Shown here: positions 11,663 to 25,755 of the stretch, one piece after another
Position numbering within the stretch: the first letter of the stretch is position 1
Layout: the number at the start of each line of letters is the position of its first letter
Source: Eledone cirrhosa
Lineage: Eukaryota
Reading direction: 5' to 3'
DNA length: 64,000 nucleotides
Assembly (NCBI GenBank): GCA_964016885.1
Contig: OZ024740.1
Coordinates: 282,720,001 to 282,784,000, forward strand
Notes under the pieces: generated by a model
Database searches by the model: none
Seen by the model: only the letters and a program-made list of their open reading frames with translations
Told to the model about the DNA's origin: nothing
Position numbers and translations under genes: made by a program

Positions 11663-12333
11663 TAAAGAGAAATGGGGACTGGTATTTGCTAGCTTGAGAA
11701 ACGGTGCCTTTTGTATTAGAATTTATCACCAACGAAATTAGCACCAGAAAACTTAAAATTAACATTGAAACCAAAAGGGACGCAACTAAATTTTAAAAAA
11801 ATACACAGTTATCTTCCTTGGATACAATATGAAAAAATAAAAGGAGAAAAAGCAACCCAGTAACTCGCATAATGTTACCATTACAAATATTGAATAAAAA
11901 AAAAAATCATGTTAATTCTGCTAAACGATGTATCTTTCAAAAACCGGATGAATCAATATATCTGCTATTCAAAAACACCAACATAACAATATACCAGCTC
12001 CCTCTAAGCATTTAGTATAAGCCGCAGATCACTTTGAAAGCTGAAATATATGGAAGTAAAAAACAACATATATATATACACACAACTGAACCGTAAAACA
12101 CACATGGTGAATAATTGAAAGTGACTAAACGAAAATAATTTGAGTCAGAAATAGATTAACACATGGAACTGATATCAAATATCAGATGACCAGTAGTCTG
12201 TTCTCAATTGTCTTCCACATTCATTTGTAACTTTATTTCACAGCCACTGGAATAACTGGTATAGACTGGAATATTGGTGCGCAACGGCATTTGTTTCATA
12301 TCATCCTTTACACACACAGATATACACAAACAG

Positions 12334-12446
<113 letters not shown>

Positions 12447-12925
12447 GATGCCATACTATGTGTATAATGTATTGGAGATGGGGATGTTGAAATCTGGTAG
12501 AACAGAGTTTTGGCATTCTGAATGGCATTAGAAGAAGAAGAAGAAGAAGAAAACAACGTTGACAAAGACATCAGTTATTTAACCAACAGTAATGGCATTC
12601 ACGGATTATAGGACAACATCGACAGCTGTTGTCACAGAAAAAGTCTAATCCCGATATTGACAATATTCTGCCATATAAGCATTTTTTTTTTTTCTGTGGA
12701 ACTCTCATCAACGTTAACTTGTTCTTTTTTATCCTTAGTGCGTGTGCAAGTGAATGTTAGAGTGGGTGAGTGGATAAGGCGAAAATGCCGGAGAAGAGTG
12801 TCCAGAAAAAAATGTATACATATAAATAGAATCTCGCTGTCTGAATATGGAGAGTGTGGAAATACTCCAAGCAACTGAGTTATGTTCGCAGTTTCAGGAA
12901 AAGATTGAAACTCTCTTTGTGTGTG

Positions 12926-13028
<103 letters not shown>

Positions 13029-13047
13029 GTGTGTATGTGTGTATGTG

Positions 13048-13182
13048 TTATTGGTGCTTTATTCTATCAACCTAGTTAGGATGAAAGGCAAAAGTAGCCT
13101 CGGCGGGATTTAAACTCAGAACGTAAAAGGATGTAACTATATGCCACAAAGCATATTGTCCGACGCTCTACCGATGCTACCT
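13048..13182 (-). mobile_element. SINE (diverged)
   Basis: AGGATGAAAGGCAAAAGTAGCCTCGGCGGGATTTAAACTCAGAAC. Confidence 0.75.
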
Positions 13183-13468
13183 ATATATTTTCTTCTCTTA
13201 TAATAAGCAATCAACACATCGATTGAACACTTATTTTCATCAGTACATTTTCAGGGGAGATAACTTGGAGCACATCTGAAATCCGCTTTGCTTGCTTACA
13301 CAATTCAGTCCTTCAAGATCGACAATAATTCTACATGTTTCCCGAAACTTCACCTAAAAAACCCATCTACAAATGGTGTATCCAAAGAAACACTATTTGA
13401 GACGTAGATGCAGTAAGACTAGTGAGTTTCAACTCTTATGCAAACGTAATACCGTTTAGTTTTTGTTT

Positions 13469-13588
<120 letters not shown>

Positions 13589-13650
13589 TATATACAAGGT
13601 GTTTCCCAAAAATGTATACACACTTCAAAAACATTCTGATAAATAATAGT

Positions 13651-13789
<139 letters not shown>

Positions 13790-13793
13790 CATG

Positions 13794-13822
<29 letters not shown>

Positions 13823-13824
<2 letters not shown>

Positions 13825-13980
13825 TTGTCACATGTATAGTGTTTGTACCAGAGTTTTCAAGTCGCTGGCTGGACTAAAAAGTCACATTCGTCAGCGCATC
13901 GGTAGGGGTTCTCCTACATAGATATAAAGTAGTGGCCGTACTCGAAAACGAGTTGGCAGCCACCATGTATGTATGTATGC
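13823..13980 (+). mobile_element. RTE-derived element 3' fragment
   Basis: [18 protein letters not shown] zinc-finger end and (TGTA)n tail; matches the 3' ends of 14452-14886 and 19012-19590. Confidence 0.8.
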
Positions 13981-14284
13981 ATGCATGTGTAAAGCCTGTG
14001 ACTTCGTTTGCATCCAATGATCCAGATAAGTACTTCTTTCTGGGTAAATGCATTCTATGTTCAGAGAATAGGATTGGCCCCGTGCAAATCTTTTCCTCAC
14101 TTACAAAAAGCTTCAAGGACAGACATCAGTTTATATGTGGCATTGTTTTGTGAGGTATGGTATTTCTGGCCATAAGCAAGTCCCTACCATGATAAAAAGC
14201 TATATATGTGATGTGATAACTCAAAATAGAGTTGCAGCCATGGTGTATGTATGTACGTACGTAAGAAAATATATATGTATGTAT

Positions 14285-14393
14285 GTACTTCTGGTTTTAT
14301 AATTTCACAAAGTTTTACCAATAGAGAGAGAGTCGGTTTCTAACATAGACACAAGACTCTCTCATTGGAATTTACACAACATCAACTAGGTAG

Positions 14394-14397
<4 letters not shown>
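14285..14397 (-). mobile_element. isolated R4/Dong 3' UTR fragment
   Basis: Near-identical to 14888-15000, which follows the stop codon of the R4/Dong ORF; flanked by (TATG)n. Confidence 0.8.
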
Positions 14398-14424
<27 letters not shown>

Positions 14425-14451
14425 TGTATTTATGTATGTATGTATGTATGT

Positions 14452-14886
14452 ATCCAAAATCACAGGGAGAGATGACCCCTTAGTCTTTGTCAAGGCAGAA
14501 TTCTAGGAGAAGGAAAACTCTGATATAACACCTGCAACCCTGATGGTATCCAATGATGTTGACTTGTTCTTCTTTTTGGTAAATATCATCTTGGTTAAGA
14601 GAGTGGGACTGGCTTTGTGCAGTGCCTTTGCTCACTATAAAAGCTTCGCGGCACAGGCATTGCTTTATATCTGGAGATCTCTCTGTACTTGTCGCCACAT
14701 GGTACCATGGGCCCAGCACTATGTGTCAATAATTGTCACCAGTGTAGTGTTTGTACCAGAGTTTTCAAGTCGCTGGCTGGACTAAAAAGTCACACTCGTT
14801 CAGAGCATCAGTAGGGGTTCTCCTACATGGATATAAAGTAGTGGCCGTACTCGAAAACGAGTTGGCAGCCACCATGTATGTATGTA
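14452..14886 (+). mobile_element. non-autonomous internally deleted RTE-like element (5'-truncated)
   Basis: CTAGGAGAAGGAAAACTCTGA 5'UTR-like motif joined to a C2H2 C-terminus [19 protein letters not shown] and a (TGTA)n tail. Confidence 0.75.
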
Positions 14887-14887
14887 T

Positions 14888-17800
14888 GTTCTTCTGGTTT
14901 TATAATTTCACAATTATTTTCCCAATAGAGAGAGAGTCGGTTTTTAACATAGTCACAAGACTCTCTCATTGGAATTTACACAACATCAACTAGGTAGATA
15001 TGCATGCATGTGTAGAGATGGATGTTATTGTATGTGTGGATGTGTATGTTTTGAGTTGTATGTGTGCATGTGTATATGCTTTGTATCTATACATGTGTAT
15101 ATGCAGTTAATAGATGCAATATTTTTGGAATGTTTTACATATTTTTACTGTTTCATTAATGGATTGTACTTGTAGTTTCCTAACTAGTTGTGTTCTTTCT
15201 GTTCCTGTGAAGCCTAGCTTCTCAAGATTTGTATTGAGGCAGTTACTCACATATCCCAATGCCCCAATAATCACAGGCATAAATCTGAAGGTGTAATCAG
15301 GGTGGAGTATCTGCAGATTTCTCATCAGTTCTGCATAAATATTTTCTTTTTCGCTAATCTTTGATATTACATTGGCATCTGCTGGGCAGCTAATTTCCAC
15401 TACCGTGCTTGATTTCTTCTCCCTGTCCCATATCATAATATCTGGTGTGTTATGCCTGCATTTTATTGGTGTTTTTACTGGAACATTCCACCAGTACTCT
15501 TTCATATTATGTACATGGATGTCTTTCACATTGCTGAAACTTTTAATGTGTTTATTATCGTAGCTATCTTTTCTACGGATTGCATTGTACAGTGTTTTGG
15601 CCACTACATCATGTCTCATAGGGAGATAGTACCGCGGTGACATCTTTGGACAGCTGCTGATGACATGGGTGATATCTTCGATGTTAGATCTGCAGAGTCT
15701 GCACTTGTTATCACATCTAGGTGTTTTGCCTGCATCCCTATCTCTTTTGTGAATCAGGTATTTCGTGTTAATTTCCTGTTCTTGGATTGCAAAAGCGTAT
15801 CCTTCAAGTGGGAGCCAATATATCGGTTGTTGGTCCAAGATAGACTACTTTGCTTATCTATATTACTCTCACTCTGGAGCTTCCTAGCAACATTTCTATG
15901 CATGATTTTTTGCTGATAAACATGCAGTTTTTCATCCATGGATTTACTGCGATACTGCTGAGCGACTTCCCTGGGTGTGAGTTTTTGATTATCACACAGG
16001 GAATATCTCTCGGGGAGTTCCTTCCCAACTCTCATGATCTTATCTGTTTCATGCAGGTAGATTTGTTCGAGAGGCGGGCTCCTACGCTTCGAGGTTCATA
16101 GGTGTTGTCGGAGGGATATGATGCGACACTCAAATGTTGTCTGGACTGATGTTAGGCCTCTGCCGCCCTGCTTACGTTTCAAGTAAAGGCGGTCTATGTC
16201 ACTGTTGATATGGAATTTTCCGGTGTTATTCGAGTTTCAACATCAACTGCTCGGATTTCCTCTATCGTCAAATTGTCTATTCCAAACGTTGGTGTTAGGA
16301 CAGGCACAGCAAACACATTGTGAGCCACTGTTTTGTTTTGCGCAGAGAGTTCTGATGACCAAATCTTTCTTGTCGGGTGTAGTATTCCCTGGTTACGAGT
16401 TCCTTATTACAGATACCATTATAGGATATGTTCTCATCTATCCCCAGGTATTGGTAGCAGTCCTCATCAGATATTGGTGAAACAGTTAGGCCATTGATGA
16501 CAATGCTGCTAGATTGGGTTGTTGTTTTTTCCCGCTTTATATGAGCATTATTCTTGGCCAAACTCCATTCCTATATCCTTTGAGAACGTTGTAACCAGGT
16601 CAAGATTCTTCTTCATCCCATTTATGTCCTTGGCATAGAGTTTCAGATCATCCACAAAGCAATTATGGGTTAAATTCTTATTTCTGTCCTCCTGTGAGCC
16701 AATGTTGTATCCTTCACATTTCTTGAGCAGAAAGGACAAGGGGTTTAATGACAGGATGAATAATATCACAGAGAGACTGTCTCCCTGAAATATACCCCTG
16801 CGATATTTTCTTTTTAGGATAGTAGCCCAAGAAGAAGACAGCTTCTCTATGGCTCTGATAATAATGTCTGAGACTTTAGCAAGTTGGAGGGCCTCTATCA
16901 TCCAAAAGTGAGGAACAGAATCGAAAGCTTTCCTGTAGTCCAGCCAGACTGTAGTCATATTCCTCCTAAGTTGTCGCACCTCCGACATTGCAGTTTTGTT
17001 GATTAGGAGTTGTTCAGCACATCCCCAAACCCCTTTCTTTCCAGCTGTTTGTTCATCTGTGATGATGTTATTATTTTCACAGTGATCTTGGTAGAATAGA
17101 TTCAGGCAGGCTGTATACATCTAATACATCAGGTTCTGGCATGCAATGGGTCGGTAATTGTTTGCCAAGTGGGTGTCTTTGTTCTTGGGGACCAGTAATG
17201 TTTGTGCTAATGTCAACCATTCTAGTGTAAGTGTATCACCATTAATAACTTGTTGGTAGAAGTCAGTAAGATACCTCCAATAGAATATCAGTTTTTTGTA
17301 CCAGTAGCCGACAATCATGTCTCTTCCTGGTGTTTTCTTATCTTGGAGTTTTCCTATCACAGTCTCAAGGGTACCCTCACTTATTTCGTATGTTTTGTTG
17401 TAGTGTAGGGGCAATAGTTCTTTCGGATTTCTTTTAGCCACACAGCATCTTGGTTGAAATTCTGCTTTTCACCCCATATTTTTCTCCAAAAGGAATCTAT
17501 GTCTTTCTGGGATGGGGCCTCAGTGACACTTATTATTTTGTTCTTCATATCTCTCTAGACTTATGTTTGGTTTCGTCTGAATCTATTATTAAGCACTTTT
17601 CTCTCATCTACCTTCTTCAGGTATCGGCGTTTTTCGCTAACAGCTCTCAATTCTTGTTTGAGGGTGATCAGCTTATATTGAAGAGTTCTGGTTCTACTGT
17701 TACCAAACATCGTCTCTATTTTATTTTTCACTCTTTGTTGGTGAGGAGTGAGGTTTTTTTGTGTTTGTTTGCATGTAAGGAGCATTGTCACATATCCTAT

Positions 17801-18905
17801 GGTTTTCCGTAGGTCAGCATTCTTTTTTTCTATTTTAGTTATGTATGATGGTATTTTTGGTGGTGTTTTGTTCTTGTCAATATCTCTGCTATCACCAAGA
17901 TAATGCTTCACTGTCGTTGCTAAGGCATATAAACAGGCGTTGATTTGCCAAAAGGTTGGGGGTTTTATCCGTCGTAAATATTCATCCCTATTTCATCAAT
18001 AACACGTAATATTCCATTATTTGGTTTTTTATTAAATATTGTCGTTTTAATACGTTCAGCAAGAGAGATACTTATACATGAATTAATTTCTCTCTGGAAG
18101 ATTACGTTGAGGGAAATTTTCAGTTGATTATACTTTTGATTATTATCATTATCGATAGTATTTTCCACAACCGTCGAGGTAGACTCGGATGGTACACATG
18201 GTGTCAAATTTCTTCGATTATTATTATTATCGATAGTGTTTTCCCCAGCATTCGAGGTAGACTTAGGTGGTACAGGTGGTGTCAAGGCACTGTTCGACCT
18301 GGCTGCTAGAGAGTCTAGTAGCATGGCGATCTGTAGCACGTGTTGTTGATCCCATGTTTGTTGTGGGGGACTTACAATTACTATGTATCTTATTTTTACA
18401 TTCAACAAACGTCGCTTGCTGGCGTAATTATTTCGCTGTGAAATAATTTAGCTCTGGGTGCATTTCGTCCCAGTGTAGCTTCATTCTGTTCATATAGCCA
18501 ATGGAGGGATTGATTTTTGCCATTTTATAGCAATTAAATAAATCATCATTAAGTTCGCAACTCCAAGAGAAATGCGATTTATAATTTCGGTTTCTTCTGT
18601 AGCTACAACTGAATAAATTTTGTTTACCTTTCTCGTTGTTTGTCTTCGATACTTCCTTAATTTTGTTGATGTTGTGTTCAGCCATGCTGTTTGTAGCAAA
18701 TCCTTGTAAAATGAATTATATATTTAGTCGGATATCTCTACGAATTCAAATAAAAGGTGTCTTCAGAAGATATATTTAGAAGAATAACCAGTTATTCAAC
18801 ATGACTGTAGTTGTGGCATTACTGTCGAAGATAGTATTCATCTTAAATTTAATAAATAGTCTCCCACGCCAAAATATGTGACTGATCGCGTTGACTGTGT
18901 TATGT
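14888..18905 (-). mobile_element. R4/Dong-clade LINE (RT + restriction-like endonuclease), near full length, inactivated
   Basis: NYRPIACQN, WLDYRKAFDSVPH, RGIFQGDSLSVILF, FVDDLKLY RT motifs; CRLC-H-C knuckle, RHDVVA, TPDIMIWD..VEISCP endonuclease; multiple stops and frameshifts. Confidence 0.93.
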
Positions 18906-19011
18906 TATGTATGTATGTAGGAATGTATGTATGTATGTTATGTATGAATGTATGTATGTATGTATGTATGTATGTATGTATGTATGTATGTATGTATGTA
19001 CGTATGTATGT

Positions 19012-19590
19012 CTCATGGTCGGATCGTTGGCGACTAAACTGGCAACCCCACCAAGGTTTCTTGGTGAGGGGGGTGACTTTGGACATCCTGCAGGACTAAA
19101 AACAAAACCTGTCAGAGGGCAAAGGAGCTCTTAAGAGTCAATGGCCATCCAAAATCACCGGGCGAGATGACCCCTTAGCCTTTGTCAAGGCAGAATTCTA
19201 GGAGAAGGAAAACTCTGATATAACACCTGCAACCCTGGTGTTGACTTGTTATTCTTTTTGGCAAATATCATCTTGGTTAAGAGAGTGGGACTGGCTTTGT
19301 GCAGTGTCTTTGCTCACTATAAAAGCTTCACGGCACAGACATTGCTTTGTATCTGGAGATCTCTCTGCACCTGTCGTTACATGGTACCATGGGCCCAGCA
19401 CTATGTGTCAATAATTGTCACAGGTGTAGTGTTTGTACCAGAGTTTTCAAGTCGCTGGCTGGACTAAAAAGTCACACTCGTTCAGCGCATCGGTAGGGGT
19501 TCTCCTACATGGATATGAAGTAGTGGCCGTACTCGAAAATGAGTTGGCAGCCACCATGTACGTATGAACGTATGTATGTAAGTATGTATG
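19012..19590 (+). mobile_element. non-autonomous RTE-like element, probably full length
   Basis: 5' part plus the same body as 14452-14886; (TATG)n on both sides. Confidence 0.8.
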
Positions 19591-21338
19591 TAATGATATG
19601 AGCTTCAAAACCAATTTTAATTACACGGAGCTGCTTACTTGGTAAAGTGTCTATCAATATTTGTTTAACGTTGTCTGCCTTACTGTATGTGTACTTATAA
19701 TTATTGCATCGTAAGTGGGGAGAAATGCACGTATATACATACAAATATCCATAAATGATGAGGATGTTGATGACTTCGATACGAAGAAACATAAAGTCGG
19801 ATCCCCTTCAGTCTCCTTGCTTGCATGCACGCTGGTGATTGATGTGACTGATACGCCCACAGCGGATGCAGGAAAATGCCTGTGTCGTGCTTGGCTCTGC
19901 CTTGAGATAACCCTTCCACTGGGCTCTCTTCTCTTCCATGCTGATACGATTCTCATACATACATTCAATCATACATACAAACATACATTCAGGCAGACAT
20001 ATATACAGAAAGATAGACGAAGGTGGATTTTTTTATATGGTTACTGAATCTGTTAGATATAGCAGCCAAATCACAATGTAGCAGACACTACATAATATAA
20101 TCCTAGACATACACTTAAAAAACAAATTGATCATGCCTCTAATTTCAAAAACACTTCAGCCATATTTTTGCAAAGCTTGTTATTTCTCACAGGTTCCTTC
20201 AAATGAAAAGACATTGTATTATTAGCGCATCTATATGGTAAAATCAAACACCTTCCAAACATCAGAAAAATTGATGAATTTAGGAAAATGCTTGAATTAA
20301 AATAACTACGGGGAACGATCGAGGATAAATGAATGCTAAATGTGATGTATTGCTGAGGATGAATGAAATATTCTTTACAAAACTACAGAGAAATCATCCG
20401 TTCAATTTTTGTCGTAGTAATGAATAGGTCGTGTTACCACCCTTTCTCCATTAGTCTCCTAAGATTAAAGAACTGTTAACTTAGATTACTGATGTGCATG
20501 TCAGATGTAGATCTAGCTTTCGCATTCTCTGAGAAAACAGATACTAAATAAATAAACCATAATACATTAGGCGTGTATATACATATTATAGAAGGTGGGG
20601 TCTTTCATCGATGAACACCACATTTAATTACCTCCACAAATCAAGAACGATGACCAGCTGCAGTTTCCATTGCTATTTCCATACACATTATGACCTGTGA
20701 CATGGTAGAGTCGTCGGCGACTAATCCGGCTTGTTGAGGATGGTCATTTTTGGACAGCCTGCGTGATGAAAAACAAAATCTATCAAAGAGCAGATGACAT
20801 CGGGAGAGTGAAAGGCTACCCAATAATCTGTAAAAAAAACATAAAACATGTAGACGAGCTCATTAGTCTTGTTTGGCAGTCTGTCTAGGAGAAGAATCAT
20901 TCTGATTTTAAAGCCAGGGTAGCTTGGACTCATTAGTTCATTGAAGACAACCTTGCAAGTGGAAACGTTCCTGGAGTTTCACATTTTATTAATTACATGC
21001 GAAAACCCAACTGTGTTCAAATTTGATTGACTGGTATATTACCTGAGCACACTTCTACAAACTTAAACTACATATAAGGGTGTCAAATTTCGATCTAATA
21101 TTAGAACATAATTACTGCTACAGCTTTCACATTCTCGAACAAAATAGATATTAAATACATAAAATACATATTATAGATGGTAGGGCCTTTTATCTATAAA
21201 TTATTTCCACAATTCAGGAGCTACGAATAGCTGCAGTGAACTATGTACACATACACACACCCGCATGCTCACGCACACACACATACATATATATACACAC
21301 ACACACACACACATATATATATACACACACACACACAC

Positions 21339-21458
<120 letters not shown>

Positions 21459-22049
21459 GCTGATTTCCACCTAACATCGATAAATTCTTCTATGCTCACA
21501 CTAATCATTCAAATACAAAATTCGGTTCGTAATTTCCAACAGATTTCATGGCTGAAATCAGTTTGATTTCTCTTCAAAGAAAAGCAAATATTGAGGCAGA
21601 AACACAAACTGCTGTTGTATCTAAAGATGGCATGCAGTGTTAGTCGGCTATCTACGATAGGCAGGAGAGAATTTAAAAATAATTTTCTTTTCAATCTAAA
21701 CGTAAATCATATTACAAAAGTAATCAAACAAAATGTCGTTAAAATTGAAATATAAGTCTTACTTTAGTCTTGTGAATACAATTGTGGTGCAATCGACGAA
21801 GACATTCTTTCTATAGAGCAAACTAAATAGCGAATATATACATCTAATCCCACCACTAGCATCACTTAGGCGTTAAAACGTTCTTCTCGTCAAATTTAAG
21901 TTGGAGACTCTGTAAGTAGATATCAGATATTCTTATTTCAGGTATGTTCCTGCCCGTTTTGATTGTAAAATACTATTCTACACAACGATAAAGGAACGAA
22001 GACGGTAGAGATACGTTGTGATATACATATGGAAAATCCTGAGTAAATA

Positions 22050-22435
22050 GCACCAAACTTTGTCATTGAGAGCTGGACCAACGTCCGAACAGGACGTCAC
22101 TGTGTGGTGCCAAAGATCCCATCTTTCAATCTATAATAAGGAGCAGATATTGCAATAGCCTTAGGTTCAAATGCCAATCAACTCATCAACAAGCTTCCAA
22201 GAAATTTGATAGATCTGCATAGTGTGGACGTGGATGTTTTTAAGAAACATCTTGACACTCTGCTATCCACGATCCTAAATGAGTCTTCAGAATGGTACGA
22301 ACGTAACCCAAGGACAGCAGCCATGAACACCTTCTTCTTACACCAATGGCCAGCCAACACAGACTGGAGATAGAAGGGCAGCGCCCCAGCATAGCCTCAG
22401 TCCGATGGCTGGAACAGGTAAAAGAGTAAAAGAAT
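22050..22435 (+). mobile_element. CR1-type LINE 3' fragment
   Basis: Reads QLINKLPRNLIDLHSVDVDVFKKHLDTLLSTI, resembling CR1 ORF2 C-termini; short GTAAAA-like tail. Confidence 0.7.
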
Positions 22436-22687
22436 AACGTTGCTCAAATAAAATCAACACCATTTTCACAAAATATTATTTTTGCTTTATTCATTTCTTG
22501 ATTTTAATGAAAGCTCACTGTCCAAACCGCCGCCTTCTGGTCTGTTCTTTCATTACTGTTTAAATATATTGACTTTGTACTCACTAACAATATGTTAACT
22601 TTGTCCTTGTTGTTCTGTTGCATTTTGTTTGTCTTGTTTTCTTTGTTTCCTTGTGACTTTCTATATATATATATATATATATGTATA

Positions 22688-23104
22688 TATGAAGGCAATC
22701 GTATATAAAAGTAAGGCCTCCTTCGGATATTGCAACTTCCGATATTGCAACTTTTCCGTTAAAATCCTGTGGATGGTGCTTCGGGAAACCTCAGGAAACA
22801 AAATGCAGAGAGCATCCAAAGTGATCCGCCGATCTTTACGCATGCTTTCCTCGGAAGGAGACCTTACTTTTAGGATTGCCCTCTATATAATAACTACGCG
22901 AAATTCGCACTTGGCGGTAGCGTTCAACGGGAGCTCCATTCTCAACGGCTGCCAAGCCAAGATTGAGCATCCCAGCGAAGCGCGCGCATGCTTGTTCGGG
23001 AGTGAAGGAAGCACCAATCACAACAATGTTGCCAACAGCCGTACGAACAGTTTCTCTGCGTCCCCATCACTTTGGAGACCTTACTTTTGGGATTACCCTC
23101 GTAT
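22688..23104 (-). mobile_element. mariner-family DNA transposon remnant
   Basis: RKDRRITLDAL..VSRSTIHRILTEKLQYRKL mariner HTH segment; TIR-like TACGAGGGTAATCCCAAAAGTAAGGTCTCC at 23074-23103 and 22857-22886, with an opposite-orientation degenerate copy at 22688-22720. Confidence 0.8.
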
Positions 23105-23479
23105 ATCTATATATGTATATGTGTGTATATATATATGAATGTATATATATATCTATATATATATGGAAAGTCATAAGGAAACACACACACACACACACGC
23201 ACATATATATATGCCTATATATATATATATATACACTCATGTACGTTCCTACATACATTCATACATTATATACGTATCTCAATACCTAACCTCATTAAAT
23301 TGGTAAAAATATATCTCCTTACCTCAAAAAAATGTTTTATCACCACTACTTCTCATACACTACGACGACGACCAATATCGCTACCGCCATTAATATAAGA
23401 TCGAACCCTCACACAGAGAAACATATCATAAAACTATCACACGCACACTCGCACATTCAAATACGTATATACGCATAAT

Positions 23480-23549
23480 TACTCACAAACACACACTCAG
23501 ACACACACACACGCACACATGCATACCCACACACACACACATACATACA

Positions 23550-23585
<36 letters not shown>

Positions 23586-23936
23586 CGCACACACACACAC
23601 AAATACACACACACACAAACACGCACACATACACTCACGCACACATACATAGACACATACACACACTCACACAAACACACACACAAACATACACACACAC
23701 ACAAACACAAACACACACACACACAAACACACACACACACTCACACACACATACATACATAGACACACACAAATACACACACACAAACGCACAAACACAC
23801 CGAAACACGCAGAACCCCCCCTACACACACACACATAGACACACATAGACACACACATACAGACAAATACACAGAAACACACACGCACACACACAAACAC
23901 TTACACAGAAACACACATAAACACACACAAACATTG

Positions 23937-23969
<33 letters not shown>

Positions 23970-24013
23970 TACACACACACACGCGCGCGCGCGCGCACGC
24001 ACACATACACACA
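23480..24013. repeat. degenerate (CA)n-rich tract
   Basis: About 530 bp of interrupted CA repeats. Confidence 0.9.
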
Positions 24014-24089
24014 TTGTATATCTTGAGGCAGTCACGCCATAATGTTGAAGCTCAATATATTCTTCCTGAAAACTATTTAGAGATTAATA

Positions 24090-24645
24090 ATAATATAAAC
24101 GGAAAAAATGAAACGAAATTTCATTTCTCACTCTTAGTACGGCTGTTACTTAAATATAAGTATGTATACGTACATACATATATGTATACAGACGTACAGT
24201 AGTTTATATATATATATATACATGCACACATATATATATGTACGTATGGATTCACCGAACATTTATTATAATGCTCGGTGTGTTTGTAAACAAACAAACA
24301 TCCCGAAATAAGCCGTACAGTGTTTAGCAACCATCGTGTATACTTTCAGACGTTCAATCATCTGGCAGGAAGGTATACGGTGCTGACGATAGCTAATAAG
24401 CTTGAAACTAGTACATCGTTCCTTTGTCAGTGTTGAACAAACGAGCAACGATGGTTGCTGGACACTACGGCTTAATTCGGGATGTTTGTTTACAAACACA
24501 TCGAGCATTATAATAAATGTTCGGTAAATCCATACGTACATATATATATGTGTGCATGTATGCATATATATATATATATATATACTACTGTACGTCTGTA
24601 TACATATATGTATGTACGTATACATACTTATATTTAAATAATATA
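24090..24645. mobile_element. foldback element, same family as 1045-1700
   Basis: Arms about 24150-24337 and 24448-24637; a single ribozyme lies in the spacer. Confidence 0.85.
24377..24419 (+). ncRNA. type I minimal hammerhead ribozyme
   Basis: ACGGTG-CTGACGA-tAGCTaataAGCTt-GAAA-CTAG-TA-CATCGT. Confidence 0.85.
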
Positions 24646-24840
24646 AACATTTTCTGTAAAAGGAGAGCAATGTTACTGCGACTAGGGAGATGGGGGTGGT
24701 TTGGTGTCTATGTTGTTATTGTTATTGGTAATGGTGGTAGTGTTGTTGACATTGTTGGTTGTGGTGGTGGTGTCAGTAGAGATGGTACTGTGGATGGTGG
24801 CAATAGATAAATAGTCATATATATATAATAATAATAATAA

Positions 24841-25527
24841 TGATCTCTTTATTGGCCACAAGGGCTGACATCAAGAAAAACATCACAGACGGAACAGGAC
24901 GGTACGATGTGGGTTTTGTGCGTGTAAATATATATTATTATTTATATAAGAAAAGAAAAAAGACATAAAACATATATATATAAACAATAAAATGAAAATT
25001 GAAACAATGAAAAATTCCCCAATAGGGGGGGAACCACGGCCACCCTGACTACCAGGGCAAGCGCCCTCTCTCAATTTTTCCATCTCTCAAACTACAGGCG
25101 TATATTCAGAGTGGTCCCGTTCACTCGGACCATTCTCGCTACATTCACCCACCTTTCAACAAACTTGCTAGAAAGCAGCACTTGCCTCTCCACCCTGATT
25201 TTCGTCTTCAAGTGAAACTTGAAAAAGTTCATCAGGGATTCGCCGAAGAGGAAAGTGTTTGTCTTTAATCCTTTTAACCTTGTCCACCACACAATCTCTT
25301 TCGCCATGGCCACCTCGCAGATGAAAACCGCCTGCCCTTCCTCCTCAAAGGAAGACGGCGAGACCATCTGCACAATGGACTCAGTCGACAACCGGATCAG
25401 TCCCACACGTGACAGCAACTGTTCAACATAGCTCCACAAGTCAGCAATGCTCGGGCACTGAGCGAGTGCGTGCACGACGGTTTCGTCGCTATGCGCGTAT
25501 CTCGGACAGGCTCGGCTGACGGCACTT
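24841..25527 (-). mobile_element. 5'-truncated Tx1-clade LINE
   Basis: ORF 25092-25475 is homologous to the C-terminus of ORF 26000-27115; 3'UTR ends AATAAA next to (TTA)n; (AAT)n on both sides. Confidence 0.9.
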
Positions 25528-25554
25528 AATAATAATAATTATAATAATAATAAT

Positions 25555-25737
25555 AATTGTTTCTACTTTTGGTACAAGACTAGCAATTACTCCAGGACAT
25601 TACTGGTACTTTATTTTATCGACCCTGAAAGGCAAAGTTAACCTCGGCGAGATTTGAACTCAGACCATAAGGGGCCGTAACTCTTTGCTGCAAAACATGG
25701 CGTCCGACTCTCTACCGATACTACCAATCCACAGCCC
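25555..25737 (-). mobile_element. SINE in an (AAT)n tract
   Basis: Full SINE reverse complement flanked by (AAT)n. Confidence 0.88.
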
Positions 25738-25755
25738 TCTAATAATAATAATAAT

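Noticed and set aside
20860-20935. CTAGGAGAAGAATCATTCTGA similar to the RTE 5'UTR motif
   Set aside because: Short and degenerate, with no supporting ORF nearby.
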